Of a DNA stretch of 64,000 bases, positions 52,900 to 64,000 are shown piece after piece; position 1 is the first letter of the stretch; each line of letters opens with the position of its first letter. The DNA comes from Eledone cirrhosa (Eukaryota). The translations under genes and the position numbers were made by a program. Below the pieces are notes generated by a model. That model was not told the origin of the DNA and ran no database searches. It saw nothing but the letters and a program-made list of their open reading frames with translations. The stretch is from the NCBI GenBank assembly GCA_964016885.1, contig OZ024743.1, positions 317,812,001-317,876,000 on the forward strand, given 5' to 3'.

Positions 52900-54530
52900 C
52901 AATTTCCTGATCCCACTTCCAACACCCCAGTTAAAATGCCCGCCTCTCACCCAGCCTTCCTCCCTGCGGGATATCGACCACTGCCACTCGTGCGCCACGT
53001 GAAAAAGGCGTAAGAAAGGAAGGGACTGTTCCAACTGTGACAGTATTTTCCACCTTTCTTGCGTCAAACTTACAAGGCGCACGTTGAAATCTCTGCATCG
53101 GTGGCATTGCCTGCGATGACTGTCCCCTCGACGCTACAGGTGGACACGGGTGCCCGACTCAACGGGGGACCCTAACCCGCACGACCGGACGAGGCCATAG
53201 TAGCGATCTTCGCCTCAGGCAGTCACGGAGAATCATTACAATGATCTCGAAAGCTGCCCGCACTCTCGGTGCTGAAGCGCTTGCGTCGTCTATCGACCGA
53301 GTGCTTGACTTGGGCGCCTCGCAAGATTGGACCAAACTGTTTAGTTTTACGACCCTCTCACTCGGATCCCGATGGTGCAGGAGGGATCGGGCCCCTCTCT
53401 GACTTCGAAACTCAAGAACAATATCGCTTCCTTCTGCAACCTTTCGCCTGAAAGTCTCTCGGTGCTCACGCATAGCCCATCAGCGCTAACTCAGCACACA
53501 TAGCCCACTCCCGACTGTACAAAAGGTGACGTTTCGGCTGCGGTACGTGTACTGGCCTCGGGCGACACTATACTCCGGCCCTCACCGGATCTCCTAGAAG
53601 CGATCCGTCAATATCACCCAAACCCACCAGCCGACACCAGGGACGTCCAAGCGCCAGCCAGTATCCTTTCCTTGGCCGCGTCTAGTGAGGACTTCTTAGC
53701 TGCCCTGAGATCTTTATCACGGAGCAACAGTGGCGGAGTGGGCGGCCTGTGACCCAGCCACCTCAGAGACCTTGTCTCGCCAAACGCTGTTGAGGAATAA
53801 GCACACCTGTCCCAATCAATCACAGCTCTGACCAACTGTCTTCGTGCCAGCCTGCCCTGTCATGCCCGCGATCTTTTCTTCTCAACCAATCTAACTGATA
53901 GTGGAAGAATGATGGCGGCGTCCGTCTCATCTTAATGGGCAACGTCTTCCGACGAAATCAAGTGCATGTCTACCTTCAGATTTATCGGGTCTGACTTGGA
54001 CCAACGCTTTCCACACCTACCTCCGTTCCGCCTCGCAGCCAAACAGCGGCGCGTCGGTCAATTCGGTGTCCACCTCATCAACTGGTACCCTTCTTGATAA
54101 CGGATGCAGTCGCATCGGAGTAACCCAACGCCTCGACCTCCGCGTGTGTGAGATACATAAATGCCGTTGGGGAACTGTTGTCAATGAGTTCGGCCTGCAC
54201 CCATTATCATGCCACCAGGGCGCAAGCCAGTTTCCCCGACATGCCACTCCCAATGATATAATGAAAAGGAGCCTTGACGGAGCCGGCTTCCTGGGTGCCA
54301 GTAGGCCTCGACAGTGGTGGCGGCAAGCGCCCTGATGGAATTACCCTCTTCCCTTTCGAGTGAAGTAAATCTCTCATCTATGACGCGACGTGCTGTGATG
54401 CGTTCTCCGCATCTAAATTAGTCACCTCGACCACAAACTCTGGTACCGTTACTTGTAATGCACCGGTCGCCGGAACCCCGGACTGCTGATCTCCTCCGTA
54501 AAATCAGATCGATAGCAGCCCGTCTGAGGA
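52900..54530 (+). mobile_element. Heavily decayed CRE-clade (RLE) non-LTR retrotransposon
   Basis: Fragments KGDVSAAVRVLAS, GGVGGL*PSHLRDL, DGGVR..GNVFRR, GLHPLSC..RHATPNDI, KRPDGITLFPF..IYDATCCD; most of the RT is deleted. Confidence 0.7.
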
Positions 54531-55343
54531 AGGAGATTTTTTTTAATACATCAAAAAATGACATTTACACAAAAAAAAATCCACACAAATATACATTTCA
54601 GAAACAACAACAACAACAACAACACTCGTTCTTTTAATACTATATTTGTGGTATTTGAGCATGAGCAATGTAATGAATCGTTTAAGCATATTGAATTTAT
54701 TTATTTATTTAACAAAACGCGTATCTTTGAACGTTTCATTTTATTCGAAATGTTTTCTAAACGCTGCTCATTGTGTGGAACAATCATATAACGTTTAGAC
54801 GAAGTTGTTACTGCTGTTGTTGTTGTTGTTGTTGTTGTTTACCCTAGGTTAGCCACGACCGAGCAGACTTAAGATTAAAGGTGTCATAACTGCGTGACCA
54901 TGACGTCTTGGTTTTCAGGTATAATACATCCAAGTCTCAATTATATGTGTACCTTCTTTTTTTCTGATTTGGCTGGTGTTTCTAACAAGGAAGGTTTCAA
55001 TGTAGAGGCTCAGCTAGACGTTTAGTAAAACATTTTCTTTCGTAGTCATTAGTTTTGGTTAACAATGTTAATTATTTTAACTTTTAACATCCTATAATGA
55101 TTTAGCTGAAAATATTCTCAAATAGGTTTGTCAATTCAAATGTTTAGTGCCTTTACCAATGGACAGATCGTTGTGGAAATTTGAAGTGTTTGAGTAAAGA
55201 CTTTAATTTTTTATGCGATTCAGTCATAGTGTTTGTTGTTTTGTACTTTTCATGAATATCTTGCTAATGTGGTTTCGTGAGGTACGGGATGTTAAGAGTT
55301 AGTATACGTCCAGCCTTATTGAAACATTTAAAAGATTCCTAAT

Positions 55344-55385
<42 letters not shown>

Positions 55386-55604
55386 CTAAGAAGTAAAAAT
55401 AAAACAAGATAAAATGAGCAACTTAACTTTCGTGAATACAAATCCAACCGTAATTCTAAATAGTTTTCTCGTCTATAGTAGGAATGGGATAGAACAAAAT
55501 AAAATATACATCTCTTCAATATCTTCAATTTCTCGATTTTTTAAAGCATTATCAAAGAAGCAAGCATAAAAAATCTACCGCAAGACTGTTACAACAAATA
55601 AATG

Positions 55605-56411
55605 TTATTTTGATTGGTGCGCTTTACGCTTTTTGGGAGCGCATTTGGGTTTCGTTTTCGTCTCTTCTTCAATGGGACATTCGCTGAAGTCAGTTATATA
55701 CATACAGTATAGAAGCTTCAGGTTCATTGGTATCAAAAAGACCATTCCCACAACACATAAGAGGTAAAATAAATACGGCACTTCAGATCTATTGAACATT
55801 ATCCATGGAATCAAATAGAACATCAGCATGACTCGGAAAATAATGAATGTTGCCAGATTAAGAACGGTGACCAGCGTGTTCAGATGTAGCTGCGTGCCAA
55901 AGTTTAGTTGTATCAAAGAACGTAGGTGAAAAAATATTGAGTTCACCTCAGCTGTGAGACTTACCAAGATGAAACCAGAAGCTTTATATGTTACAATGGA
56001 ATACCATAAGGCAAGTAGAAAGAGAATATGGTGGGTAATCAAAGTTCTAGAATGTGGTATCAGATCTTTATGACCTAACAGATCAATGGTATCATGGAAG
56101 AAAAAACCAGCAGATATTGAGATGATACAATACGATGCATCTGTATAAATCGAGGTAAAATTCGCTAAGAGTTCGGGATGTTTGTTGAAGCATATAAACA
56201 CAATAACTGTAACAAATACGGAGTAAATAAATGAAATGATAGCATTTTTCCATTTCCATTGCATTTCAGGATTCTCCGGAAAGACCGTTAACTTCAATCT
56301 TTGACCTAAGATGGATGCCGCCATGCGAAACACTAGAAGCGACAACAGTAAAAGGTATATCCCTTTTAATGGCCATTGTAGGATCTCATATACTATATCA
56401 TAACTTGTCAT
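55605..56411 (-). CDS. TLC (TRAM/LAG1/CLN8) domain membrane protein, TLCD1/TLCD2-like, single coding exon
   Basis: WKWKN..S, SAGFFFHDTID, ITHH, LTAEVNSIFFHLRSL and NLATFIIFR motifs, multiple TM helices, Lys-rich C-terminus; first in-frame ATG at 56411 (the ORF track starts at a GTG at 56459). Confidence 0.88.
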   Translation of the reverse strand: MTSYDIVYEILQWPLKGIYLLLLSLLVFRMAASILGQRLKLTVFPENPEMQWKWKNAIISFIYSVFVTVIVFICFNKHPELLANFTSIYTDASYCIISISAGFFFHDTIDLLGHKDLIPHSRTLITHHILFLLALWYSIVTYKASGFILVSLTAEVNSIFFHLRSLIQLNFGTQLHLNTLVTVLNLATFIIFRVMLMFYLIPWIMFNRSEVPYLFYLLCVVGMVFLIPMNLKLLYCMYITDFSECPIEEETKTKPKCAPKKRKAHQSK

Positions 56412-57105
56412 TGTTTCTTCATGGTGAAGGCGGTAAATATGAGCAATAAAAATATACACAACTTAAAAATCTAAAGATAAACAACAATTTTACAGGTTAT
56501 GCAATCTAAATAAACTGACGTTTCGTGGTGTGATGTCATAAATGAGAATACATATCTTCTTGTGCTTCTTTCTTTTTTTTTTCTTTTTTTTTCTTTTTTT
56601 AATCGTGTTTAGAATTTATTTTCAAGCAATCTGTGTTATTAAAACAAATTTTTAAATAAGATAATAAATTACTTAGATATGGCAAAATCTAGGAGGTGAA
56701 GAAAGATGACGGCTTATTGAAATTCGCTGAACACAGACGACAACCGATGATGATTGTTCCACATTGAGCAAATATGTTTATTGAATACTCTATTGAACAT
56801 TGAAAATGAGAGAAAAATACTTTTTGGTTGTCATAACATCGCTACCCCATTGATGCTTGTCCGGGCGGCGTGGGGCAGCCCATGTATAGTCCGCCGCGTA
56901 ATCCTTTCACGTAGGGACAAACAGTTTGATTAAGCATTTTGTTAAGCTTTTAACAGGGACCTCGGAGCCGTGTAGAATTACGTAGGCTATAACTCCCCCA
57001 CCCCAAAACTTTGCATAAAAATATACTAATAATACTGAGGTACATAGTAAAAAATATTTCGGTCGTTTAATACCTCTAATCTCTCTCTCTCTATATATAT
57101 ATATT

Positions 57106-57209
<104 letters not shown>

Positions 57210-58546
57210 TCTTTGGAGAGATGATGTGCTGAATAGGACCCACCCAGCCCTTGCAAGCAGGGAAAAACGGACGTAAAATGATGATGATGACGATATATAT
57301 ATGATGATAATTACCACTCCTTTACAGAAGACGGCCATCTCTTCAACGAATTCCCTGCTATTATGAACTACCGCCAACTGCAGGCTGCTGGCCAGTTTGA
57401 TGACTGAACAGGGTTTGTTTAGGTCACCTTTTCTAGACCCTTCCCATGTGGTTTGGGTGAACAACGCATCCCCCAAAAGGGCTGCTTAGACGCTCAAGAC
57501 CGAAGCATGTTGCTGTTCAGGTTAACAGTGCAGCAACAGTAGGATATGACTCGCGCCACCCACTTGTAGATTTGTGACTATGTTTCTAACTGGTCGAGTC
57601 TGCACACGCTGCCACTCCTCCCTGGGACTTTTGAAGAAATAGCTGCACATGAAGATGTCAATGCTACATGCTTGTGCTACACACATAGTACCTAGTCCAT
57701 CCCTGCAGCCATGTGTCCAGTGACAAGCCAAAGCAAGATAACAGGACAGTTATGAGGATCGCATATGTTATTGTCATGGAGTTTCCCCTCTCCAGGAGAT
57801 GTAGCTGTACTCCTCACTCATGGCCAATTGCTGGTTTGTGAAGCCTTTTAACCCATAGTTGGGGTGGATGGCCGTTGACTCGGAGTTCATCCTGTCTGCT
57901 ACTGGTACCATGTAGACTAGTACAACCTGTTTCGTGGATCATGACATGAAGAAACTAACTCTAGGATTGGTTTACTTCTAATATTCTTAGCAATAAAGTA
58001 TTTTATACTCATCAGAAGGGCGGTGGATTGGTAATGTCGGTAGAGCGCCGGGCAACATATTTTGCAAACATATACTTATGCACTTTGAGTTCTAAGTTCA
58101 AATCCCGCTGAGATTAACTTTGCCTTTCAACCTTACAGGGTCGATAAAATAACGTACAAGTAACGCACTGGGGTCAATTTAATCGACTTTCCCTCTCACC
58201 AAATTGTTGGCCTTTTGCCCAAATCGGAAGCTAATATTCTTGTCGATATTAAGGTGATGGGGTGGATTGGCAAAATTGGTAGATGGTCAGATAAAATGCT
58301 CTGCAGTATTTGTACAGACTCTTTAATTTATGAGTCCATATCCCGCCAAGGCTAATCTTGCCTTTCATCCTTCCGGGTCGATAAACTAAATTATCAGTCT
58401 AGAACTGGGGTTGATTTAATCAACTTTGCGCTTGTTCCAAATTTGCTGCCCTTATGTCTAAATTAGAAATTAATATTTTTGTCAATATTGATAACACATT
58501 GTTCGTTAATAGATTGGTCATACTTCTATATCATTCATGAAGTCAC

Positions 58547-58900
58547 GTGGCTCAGTGGTTAGAGTTCGATTCCCGACATTGTGTTGTGTCCTTGAACAAG
58601 ACACTTTATTTCACATTGTTTCAGTACACAAAAAAATTGTTGTACACGTAATTCAAAAGGGGGGGGGGCAGTCTCCTCGTGTTAAGGGCACACGTGTATC
58701 TGAAATACTCAACTACTTACACAATAGTACAAGATGTTCTGTACCCGTAATTCACTGAGTAAGCTTTGTCATAAACTGTGTCATGCTGAATCTCCCCGAG
58801 AACTATATTAAAGGTTCATGTGTTTGTGGAATGCTCAGCCACCTGCACGTTAATTTGACGTGAAAACTGCTCCTGCCATTAAACAACTAGAACACTGGCC
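58547..58900 (+). mobile_element. CORE-type tRNA-derived SINE (partial copies at ~52510-52650 and 59065-59180)
   Basis: TGGCTCAGTGGTTAG A-box, GTTCGATTCCC B-box, TGTGTCCTTGAACAAGACACTT core. Confidence 0.6.
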
Positions 58901-59720
58901 GTGGAAGGTTCAATACATAAATGATTGTATCTATCTAATTGGGTTAGATTCAGGTCACTGGATGTACCTTAGTTCTTGTCAAAATGTCCACCAAGGAGAT
59001 GAAAAACTCCAAATTCAACTTTCTTTACTGTTAGTATAGCGGCATATGATTACAACAGTGAAGGTACATAGCCAAGTGGTTAGGGTGTTGAACTCACAAG
59101 CATAACATTAGGGTTGGTTTCCTGGACTGGCCGGTGCGTTGTATTCTTGAACAAGACACATCATTTCCCGTTTCTTTTGACGATAGGACCGGGGTTCCTA
59201 TAATTAAAACGCCAAGCAAACCTATAAGATACAGGAAACCAGCTAAATCTTCATGTGTGTCAACTCTAACACCAACATCAGGACAGGGTTGGGGGTTCCT
59301 ATCGTTAAAAGATCTAAGAAATCCCCTATGAGACACAACCTCGTAAGACACTGGTAGATAGTATCATAAATGGAAGGACCAATGGAAACATTGTTTCCTT
59401 GGTCCAATTTGATAAGTTCCACCCAACTCGGTAAGCGTATAAGGTCTGAGATCTTGTCGATCGAACTCTATTCTATGCTAAGAGACCAGTTAAACTTGAA
59501 TATGTGTGAGCTGTAAATTTAATTTGAGAAGGTTTATGATTATTAAAGACGTGCATGCCACGCCATTTTGTTGTTTTTCTTCTTTTCTTTCAGGAATACT
59601 TCGTCTCCTCCCCTCCCCCAAGTATGCTACAGTAAAGTTTGAACTCAGAAGAACCATCAGAAATACTCTAAGACGACATGTCACAAACAACTATGGTAGA
59701 TCGAGTGTTTTCATTTAACA

Positions 59721-60391
59721 CAAGAGTCTCAAACATGCGGCCCACAAACTACTTTTCTATGGACCGCAGCAGAATATTTGAGACGGAAATTTGTTCCCTA
59801 TATTTTATACTCATTCAAATATCTTACTAAATGCAGGACGTCTAGATCTTGGCTCATCTTCAAGACTCTCCCTTCCCCTCCTAAATTCAGCTGCCCACTT
59901 TCGCACAGTTGATAAAGCTGGAGCATCATCCACTAATGTAGCAACCATGTCAATATAAATGTCCTTGGGGGCTAAGCCTTTTTTTCTGCAGGTACTTGAT
60001 AACACCACGATGCCAAATTTTGTCCATTTTCAACAGAAGTCGCTACTAGTTACTTTTGAAGTCTTCTTTGAATAGTCAGCTGTCAGTTTACCTGGAAAGA
60101 AACAATTCTGTTATTAATAAGAAGAAGAGTTGAAATTAATGCGAGCAAGATTTCACAGCTCTAGCATAACTCCTTCATGTGAAGTTTTCATCCCACCCTC
60201 GTATTATCATATACGTATTCATTTTGATGGAAAATAAATAAATACATATGGCAGCCTGTCAGCTGTATTGTAGATTAGCATTATAACTGGTGGAAATAAC
60301 GCTTCCCTCCCACCTCATCTCACCTTTGGCCCGCCATATCGTTTCCCCAGAACGTAATGGTTCTTTTGATTTCTTGAGTTTGTGACTCCTG
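59721..60391. mobile_element. hAT-type non-autonomous element interrupted by mariner
   Basis: Termini CAAGAGTCTCAAAC / GTTTGTGACTCCTG, subterminal GCGGCCC/GGCCCGC, 8-bp TSD ATTTAACA/ATTTAAAA. Confidence 0.65.
59828..60203 (-). mobile_element. Mariner transposon 5' fragment (frameshifted transposase N-terminus)
   Basis: TA|CGAGGG TIR; [48 protein letters not shown]. Confidence 0.85.
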
Positions 60392-60890
60392 ATTTAAAAG
60401 ATGTTTCCGTGTGAATCATAGGCGGCGAATTGGCTGAGTCGTTAGAACGTCGGAGAGAATGCTTTATGGTATTCATTCCGGCTCATTGCTTAAAATATGC
60501 CAAAGAAACGGTGTATGTCAATACGGCGCCCTACGACCCTATTAGGAGTTACGGCACCATATATACATACATCCGTGTGAATCTTCTTTGTGTTGAAGTG
60601 TGTTAAATATACCCAACAATTGTTGTGTTTATTATATTTATTCCAGTTCAATCCTTCTGATGGAAGCCTTTATATATGATCCCAATAAAAATATTATACC
60701 ATGGATTCCTCCGCCATTGTCTGAGTATATTCTTCTGGTTTTATTCTTTTAAACGCTCTCACCGATGAGGAAAAGTTGGTTACAAACACACAAAAAATTT
60801 CCCTCCATTTCAGTTCAGACAGCGTTTAGAGGATAGTCGTGTACGTATGTGTGTATGCATGCATGCATGTATGTAGGTATGTATGTATGT

Positions 60891-63070
60891 TCTTCTGGTT
60901 TTATAATTTTCACATTTTTACCAGTAGAGAGTCGGTTTCTAACATAGACACAAGACTCTCATTGGAATTTACACAATATCAACTAGGTAGATTATGTATG
61001 CATGTCTGCATGCATACATGTGTAGATATCTATGTTATTGTATGTGTGGATGTGTATGTTTTGAGTTGTATGTGTGTATGTGTATATGCTTTGTATCTGT
61101 ACATGTGTATATGCAGTTATTAGATGCAACATTTTTGGAATGTTTTACATATTTTTACTGTTCCATTAATGTATTGTACTTGTAATTTCCTAACTAGTCG
61201 TGTTCTTTCTGTTCCTGTGAAGCCTAGCTTCTCAAGATTTGTATTGAAGCAGTTACTAACATACCCCAGTGCCCCAATAATCACTGGCATAAATCTGAAG
61301 GTATAATCAGAGTGGAGTATCTGCAGATTTCTCATCAGTTTTGAATAGATATTCTATTTTTCGCTAATCTTTGATATTATATTGGCATCTGCTGGACAGC
61401 TAACTTCCACTACTGTGCATGCCTTCTTTTCCCTGTCCCATATCATAATATCTGGTCTGTTATGCCTGCATTTTATTGGGGTTTTTACTGGAACATTCCA
61501 CCAGTACTCTTTCATGTTATGTATATGTATATTTTCCACATTGCTGTAGCTTTTAATGTGTTTATTATCGGAGCTATCTTTTCTACGGATTGCATTGTAC
61601 AGTGTTTTGGCCACTACATCATGCCTCATAGGTAGATAGAACCGCGATGACATCTTTGGGCAGCTACTGATGACATGGGTGACATCTTCGATGTTAATTC
61701 TGCAGAGTCTGCACTTGTTATCACATCTAGGTGATTTGCCTGCATCCCTATCTCTTTTGTGAATCAGGTATTTCGTGTTAATTTCCTGTTCTTGGATTGC
61801 AAAAGCGTATCCTTAAAAGTAGGAGCCAATATAGCGGTTGTTGGTCCAAGATAGACTACTTTCCTTATCTATATTACTCTCACTCTGGAGCTTCCTGGCA
61901 ACATATCCATGCATGATTTTTTTTGCTGATAATCCTGCAGTTTTTCATCCATGGATTCACTGCGATACTGCTGAGCGACTTCCCTGGGTGTGAGGTTTTG
62001 ATTATCATACAGGAAATATCTATCGGGGAGTTCCTTCCCTACTCTCATGATCTTATCTGTTTCATGCTCGAGAGACGGGCTCCTACGCTTCGAGGTTCGT
62101 AGATATTGTCGGAGGGATATGATGCGACATTCAAATGCTGTCTGGACTGATGTTAGACCTCTGCCTCCCTGCTTACATTTCAAGTAAAGGCGGTCTATGT
62201 CACTGTTGATGTGGAAGTTTCCGGTGTTGTTTAGTATTTTTCGAGTTCTAACATCAACTGCTCGGATTTCGTCTATCGTCCAATTGAGTATTCCAAACGT
62301 TGGTGTTAGGACAGGCACAGCAAACACATTGTGAGCTACTGTTTTGTTTTGCGCAGAGAGTTCCGATGACCAGATCTTTCTTAATCGGGTGTAGTATTCC
62401 TTGGTTACGCGTTCCTTATTACAGATACCATTATAGGATATGTTCTCATCTATCCCCAGGTATCTGTAGCAATCCTCATCAGATCTCGGTGAAACAGTTA
62501 GGCCATTGATGACAATGTTGCTAGATTGGGTTGTTGTTTACCCCGCTTTACAGTCATATATGAGCATTTATCTTGACCAAACTCCATTCCTATATCCTTT
62601 GAGAACGTTGTAACCAGGTCAAGATTTTTCTTCATCACATCCATGTTCTTGACATAGCGTTGCAGATCATCCACAAAGAAATTATGAGTTGGGTTCGTAT
62701 TTTTGTCCTCCTGTGAGCCAATGATGTATCCTTCACATGTCTTGAGCAGAAAGGACAAGGGGTTTAATGACTGGATGAATAATATCACAGAGAGACTGTC
62801 TCCCTGAAATATACCCCTGCGATATTTTATTTCATCAGTGAAAATAGAGTCCTCCCTCTCTGTCTTTAACCTTAGGATAGTAGCCCAAGAAGAAGACAGC
62901 TTCTCTATGGCTCTGAAAATAATGTCTGGAGCTGGAGGGCCTCTATCATCCAAGAGTGGGGAACAGAATCGAAAGCTTTCCTGTAGTCCAGCCAGAAGGT
63001 AGCCATATTCCTCCTAAGTTGTCGCACCTCCGACATCGCAGTTTTGTTGATTAGGAGTTGTTCAGAACAC
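60891..63070 (-). mobile_element. 5'-truncated, decayed R4/Dong-like LINE inserted in (CATA)n
   Basis: WLDYRKAFDS, RGIFQGDSLS, FFVDD, RHDVVAK, RPDIMIWD..EVSCPAD, PVIIGALG; 3' end abuts TATG repeats. Confidence 0.88.
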
Positions 63071-63077
63071 ACACTCG

Positions 63078-64000
63078 GGTAAAATTTGTGAAATTATAAA
63101 ACCAGAAGAACATACATACATACATACATACATACATACATACATACATACATACATACATACATACATACATACATACATGCATGCATGCATACACACA
63201 TACGTACACGACTTTCTTTTAAACGCTGTCTGAACTGAAATGGAGGGACATTTTTTTCTGAGTTTGTAACCAACTTTTCCTCATCGGTGAGAGCGTTTAA
63301 AATAAAACCAGAAGAATATACTCAGACAATGGCGGAGGAATCCCCGGTATAATATTTTTATTGGGATCATATATAAAGGTTTCCATCAGAAGGATTGTAC
63401 TGGAATAAATATAATAAACACAACAATTGTTGGGTATATTTAACACACTTCAACACAAAGAAGATTCACACGGATGTATGTATATATGGTGCCGTAACTC
63501 CTAATAGGGTCGTAGGGCGCCGTATTGACATACACCGTTTCTTTGGCATATTTTAAGCAATGAGCCGGAATGAATACCATAAAGCATTCTCTCCGACGTT
63601 CTAACGACTCAGCCAATTCGCCGCCTATGATTCACACGGAAACATCTTTTAAATCAGGAGTCACAAACTCAAGAAATCAAAAGAACCATTACGTTCTGGG
63701 GAAACGATATGGCGGGCCAAAGGTGAGATGAGGTGGGAGGGAAGCGTTATTTCCACCAGTTATAATGCTAATCTACAATACAGCTGACAGGCTGCCATAT
63801 GTATTTATTTATTTTCCATCAAAATGAATACGTATATGATAATACGAGGGTGGGATGAAAACTTCATTGAAGGAGTGATGCTAGAGCTGTGAAATCTTGC
63901 TCGCATTAATTTCAACTCTTCTTCTTATTAATAACAGGGTTGTTTCTTTCCAGGTAAACTGACAGCTGACTATTCAAAGAAGACTTCAAAAGTAACTAGT
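63078..64000. repeat. Inverted duplication of 60045-60922 (continues past the window end)
   Basis: Near-identical reverse complement including the R4 3' tip, microsatellite, hAT end and mariner TIR. Confidence 0.92.

Noticed and set aside
57305-57950. GC-richer segment as a host exon or LINE 5' region
   Set aside because: No recognisable protein motif or convincing splice pattern; left unassigned
57995-58020. CTGATGA-GTAT-AAA-ATAC on the minus strand
   Set aside because: No GAAA core after the stem

Overview
AT-rich eukaryotic (animal) genomic DNA saturated with (TA)n/(CA)n microsatellites and transposons. The repeat style suggests a cephalopod such as Octopus, but this is inference only. 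One host gene is visible: a single-exon TLC-domain (TLCD1/2-like) ORF at about 55.6-56.4 kb. The rest is mobile DNA: five Penelope-like elements (PLEs; four Neptune-type, one Naiad-type) plus a non-coding PLE-like unit, two L1/Tx1-like LINEs, two R4/Dong-like RLE LINEs, CR1, RTE and CRE remnants, a non-coding LTR element with a tRNA-Trp-like PBS, non-autonomous Helitrons, MITEs, a mariner fragment and many tRNA-derived SINEs. The main hidden signal is RNA structure. Every PLE carries its own minimal type I hammerhead ribozyme motif in its pseudo-LTR, all with palindromic or near-palindromic stem III. Variants include U3-A8 covariant cores, a loop-less stem III, and a Naiad hammerhead with a ~116-nt stem II inside a ~4.6-kb microsatellite-like 3' region, 1.66 kb of which is copied as an inverted repeat. 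Four of these units share a (TA)n-flanked, 5'-inverted architecture, and three share a GAGCCACTTTT-TATA module about 65-75 nt upstream of the ribozyme. Structures were paired by eye and no database searches were run.
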